Origin: Thermoplasmatota archaeon
GTDB lineage: Archaea; Thermoplasmatota; E2; JACPAO01; JAHFTW01
DNA length: 27,207 nucleotides
Direction of reading: 5' to 3'
Assembly (NCBI GenBank): GCA_041601615.1
Contig: JBFIHX010000019.1
Location: 1 to 27,207, forward strand
How positions within the stretch are numbered: the stretch's first letter is position 1; each line of letters begins with the position of its first letter. Below are positions 24,543-27,207 of the stretch, piece after piece. The translations under genes were made by a program, and so were the position numbers. Under the pieces are notes generated by a model. It searched no databases. It was not told where the DNA came from and saw only the letters and a list, made by a program, of their open reading frames with translations.

Positions 24543-26069
24543 TCATGGGGTGGTCCATTCCACGCCGCGTCCAAGAAGCGCTGCGAAGTCGCGATGCCGC
24601 CGGACCCGAGTAAAATCCCCCTCGTTCTGGGCCCGTACAAGGAAAATGGGGTGGGAATTTGCAGCGATGGCGAGCCACGCGGAGGCGTCGTCGCCGCGCC
24701 TTCGGAGGGCGAAGGTCCGGCTGATTCGGAAGGCCAGGGAGTGTTGGTGCTCGACTTCTACGGCTTCGTCATGCAGTATGCGATAGGCTTCTTCGTAGCA
24801 GCGGCCGGCGCGGTGGGCTTGTCGTAGGGCGTGGTGGCATCTGCCGCGAATCTCCCAGGCCCAGGCATCAACTTGGTCGAATCGAGTAGCGCGGCGAGCG
24901 TACCATAGCGCCTGGCGTTTTTTGCCTTGGCGCAGAAGATACTCTGCCTGCTCAAGGTGCCCACCGTGTCCGGTGCGGGGGTTTGCGTGGCGGCGATTCC
25001 ATGCGGCGGCGCGGTGCCGCTGGATTGCACCGCCCAACGGCAGGGCTCCCAGAGCGGCCCCAAGGAGAACAATACCCCACATGGCCGCGTTTGGTGATGC
25101 AGCTCGGGGGGCAGCGATAAGGTCTAAGACGTGTGGATTCCCGTCAAACGAGGCAGCGGCCACGTCGCCAGTAAGATGGGTCTTGGCGTGGTCTGTGACC
25201 CTTTGGCTGATTACTGTAAACGAGCCCTCTACTTTGAGATGTCCCCGAAGATCCTTGGCGTTGGCGTCTGTGAACGCAGCGATACCAAGTACGTCGCCGC
25301 TGAACGCCGTTGCGTAAGCGCCTAACGGGCCGGGTTCTTTAGAGACGAACACGAGGGTGCCATTGTTGACTATGAGGTACGTCTGTTTCATTTGTTTGCC
25401 CTGAACAGGGGGAGTTCCAGGGGGGGTAATCGTGATAGGGTCGCTGCCGCTGGTCCAGTTAGAGGGATTTCCGTCTTGGTCGGTTATGGTTGTCTCCCAG
25501 GACCATGAAATGATTTCGTAACTTCCTTTCACTTGCATTGCCCAAGTGGTGTCTTTGCACGGTTGTAAAAGGAGGGCGTTTCCCACATCCGCCATTCGTT
25601 CGTTGCGTTGGGTGCCACCGACAACGGTATCGGAATTTTGGGTGCCCGAAGCCGTGGTGGCGACTTCAACGCATCCGGCCTGGATCGTGAAGCTTGGCAG
25701 GGCTTCATTTGGTATTGGGAAGATTCCAAGAGAGTAGCCAGTCGTTCGCGGGTGACTAGTTGCTTGCGCGTGGCGATAATCGGCGCTCCAAGTTTGGGGC
25801 TCGGTTTGCACGATAACGGAGTCGGTGTCTGGGGCCATCGCTTCATCGCGCTCCGCATGAATGAAATCGGCATTCAGTGTCCACTCGGATTCCAGGGATG
25901 CACCTTGTGGGTGTTCCGGTTGAACCAGGGCCACCAGTGCGCCCGCGAGGTTGGCGTTGCCGGTGTATTCAGCGGGACCGTGTTCAATGAGCGTTGGCTG
26001 GATGCTGGTCGCGTGTGCGGCCGCCGCCAGAATGAGCACGGCGAGTGGGAGAACTGTTGTGAATTTCAC
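24543..26069 (-). CDS. Single-pass membrane protein: signal peptide, beta-rich ectodomain, TM, cytoplasmic TPR-like repeats (508 aa)
   Basis: GTG with AAGGAGG RBS; TM MWGIVLLGAALGALPLG; AWAWEIRGRCHHALRQAHRAGRCYEEA fits the TPR consensus. Confidence 0.8.
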   Translation of the reverse strand: MKFTTVLPLAVLILAAAAHATSIQPTLIEHGPAEYTGNANLAGALVALVQPEHPQGASLESEWTLNADFIHAERDEAMAPDTDSVIVQTEPQTWSADYRHAQATSHPRTTGYSLGIFPIPNEALPSFTIQAGCVEVATTASGTQNSDTVVGGTQRNERMADVGNALLLQPCKDTTWAMQVKGSYEIISWSWETTITDQDGNPSNWTSGSDPITITPPGTPPVQGKQMKQTYLIVNNGTLVFVSKEPGPLGAYATAFSGDVLGIAAFTDANAKDLRGHLKVEGSFTVISQRVTDHAKTHLTGDVAAASFDGNPHVLDLIAAPRAASPNAAMWGIVLLGAALGALPLGGAIQRHRAAAWNRRHANPRTGHGGHLEQAEYLLRQGKKRQALWYARRATRFDQVDAWAWEIRGRCHHALRQAHRAGRCYEEAYRILHDEAVEVEHQHSLAFRISRTFALRRRGDDASAWLAIAANSHPIFLVRAQNEGDFTRVRRHRDFAALLGRGVEWTTP

Positions 26070-26083
26070 GCGTCCTCCTTTTC

Positions 26084-26719
26084 TTAGTCTAGATGGATTC
26101 TTACTTGGCCGGGCAATGGCACAGGCGAGGTAGGGATTTTGTCGGTGATTTTTTCGGTTGGAATGTCAGATAGTGGCAGGCATTCAGGGCGCACATGAGG
26201 GTCTAGGAATGGCGGGTCTTTCATGATGGCAAGAATCAGTAAGTCACAGTCCTCTTCGCTCATGGCCTGATTTTGGGAGGTCGTAGGTTCTGCTGCGCCG
26301 GGTGCTTGAGGGGTGAGATTTGTAGAGTCCGTGAAATTGGCTAGTTTGCCTAGATCCAGCGGTGAGATGGCAGTAAGGTTTTCTCCGGGTTCGAGGGTGA
26401 CCGGAACACCGGCGTCCAGGTGCTCGCGCACCATGCGAAGTAGTTCTTGGTCAATGCCGGCGGCATCATCGATGACGAGGTTCAGATACCAATCCTGGCT
26501 CGGTTCTGTGGGAGATTCGGACCCCGTTGGTTCGGGCCCGGGGTCCGCTTCTTTGTCTGCTTTTTGCCCATGGCCATGGTCTTTCTCTTCTTGCTGGCCG
26601 GGTGCCTCTGTTGATTTTCCGTTTGGGTCCTTGCCGGGTTCTGCGGTGGTCGGAGCAGCAGCGGCGACGAGGAGGACTGCGATGAGTAGGGCAGCGAAAC
26701 GGGGAGCAGTTTGGGACAT
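26084..26719 (-). CDS. Secreted low-complexity hypothetical protein (211 aa)
   Basis: Signal peptide FAALLIAVLLVAAAAPTTA; 14 bp from the downstream gene. Confidence 0.7.
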   Translation of the reverse strand: MSQTAPRFAALLIAVLLVAAAAPTTAEPGKDPNGKSTEAPGQQEEKDHGHGQKADKEADPGPEPTGSESPTEPSQDWYLNLVIDDAAGIDQELLRMVREHLDAGVPVTLEPGENLTAISPLDLGKLANFTDSTNLTPQAPGAAEPTTSQNQAMSEEDCDLLILAIMKDPPFLDPHVRPECLPLSDIPTEKITDKIPTSPVPLPGQVRIHLD

Positions 26720-26944
26720 TCGGCATCACATGCTGCGCGTGGGCGAAGCGTGCGACAACAGGCCGATGCGTGTAAAGTATTACCGGAAGACTGGCGAGTT
26801 GAATGCAACCATCAATTCGGGAGAGAAACGCGAAGATGCCGGTGCCCGTGCCAATAGCCTTTTGACGGAATAACCGGGATTGATTGAATCCGGACTGGGC
26901 CAATTTGGAAGAGGACTGTTCTGGGATTTAGTTCCCTAGCTTGA

Positions 26945-27207
26945 GAGGCTTCCGGCGCGGATGCGTCTTACAGCGTTGCTCCGACCCAGGACGTTTCCGT
27001 GCTGGTCACAGGTGAAGGTTCGCCGCGATTGGAGTCGATGCGATGGGGTGTTCCCTTGCGTGGAAGGCCGATCATCAATGCGCGAGTCGAGAAGGTGTTG
27101 ACCTCGCCCATGTGGAGGCCGATGATGGAGCATCGTGGCGTGGTGCCCATGAACGGGTTCTATGAGTGGAGTTCCACGGATGCTGGCAAGGTGCCGCACT
27201 TCATCCA
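26945..27207 (+). pseudogene. SRAP/YedK/HMCES-family abasic-site protein, lacking its N-terminus and running off the window
   Basis: Not in the ORF track. My translation: SYSVAPTQDVSVL...ESMRWG...IINARVE...HRGVVPMNGFYEW...KVPHFI, matching SRAP motifs; in-frame TGA at 26942-26944 and no MCGR start found upstream. Confidence 0.8.

Overview
GC-rich window that looks like most of one integrated archaeal mobile element, probably a provirus. The host is inferred to be Thermoplasmatota-like from the integrase type and GGAGG/GGTGA ribosome-binding sites. A + strand tyrosine integrase (5' end probably outside the window) converges on a ~23 kb leftward gene run (24005->1152), most of it translationally coupled through ATGA/GTGA/TGATG overlaps. 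In transcription order the run has: (1) a Zn-ribbon/RHH regulator, divergent from a second RHH gene across an operator-like intergenic region; (2) a surface-protein block with five copies of one beta-propeller-like module in three proteins, two anchorless secreted proteins sharing a C-terminal domain, and four membrane-anchored proteins sharing a GGGG[VI]x6-7W-TM junction; (3) an array of eight cytoplasmic proteins, seven with related basic N-terminal leaders (six clear, one divergent), including a zincin-like peptidase, three acidic paralogs, a paralog pair and a possible clamp-like protein; (4) a membrane-protein block ending in a Zot/pleolipovirus-type P-loop ATPase. To the right are two secreted/membrane genes (one with TPR-like repeats) and a SRAP/YedK gene lacking its catalytic N-terminus. 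The most novel-looking feature is the leader-tagged array, a candidate set of virion-packaged or injected cargo proteins. No capsid, terminase, replication protein, tRNA or att site could be recognised. All family assignments come from motif recognition by eye, not database searches.
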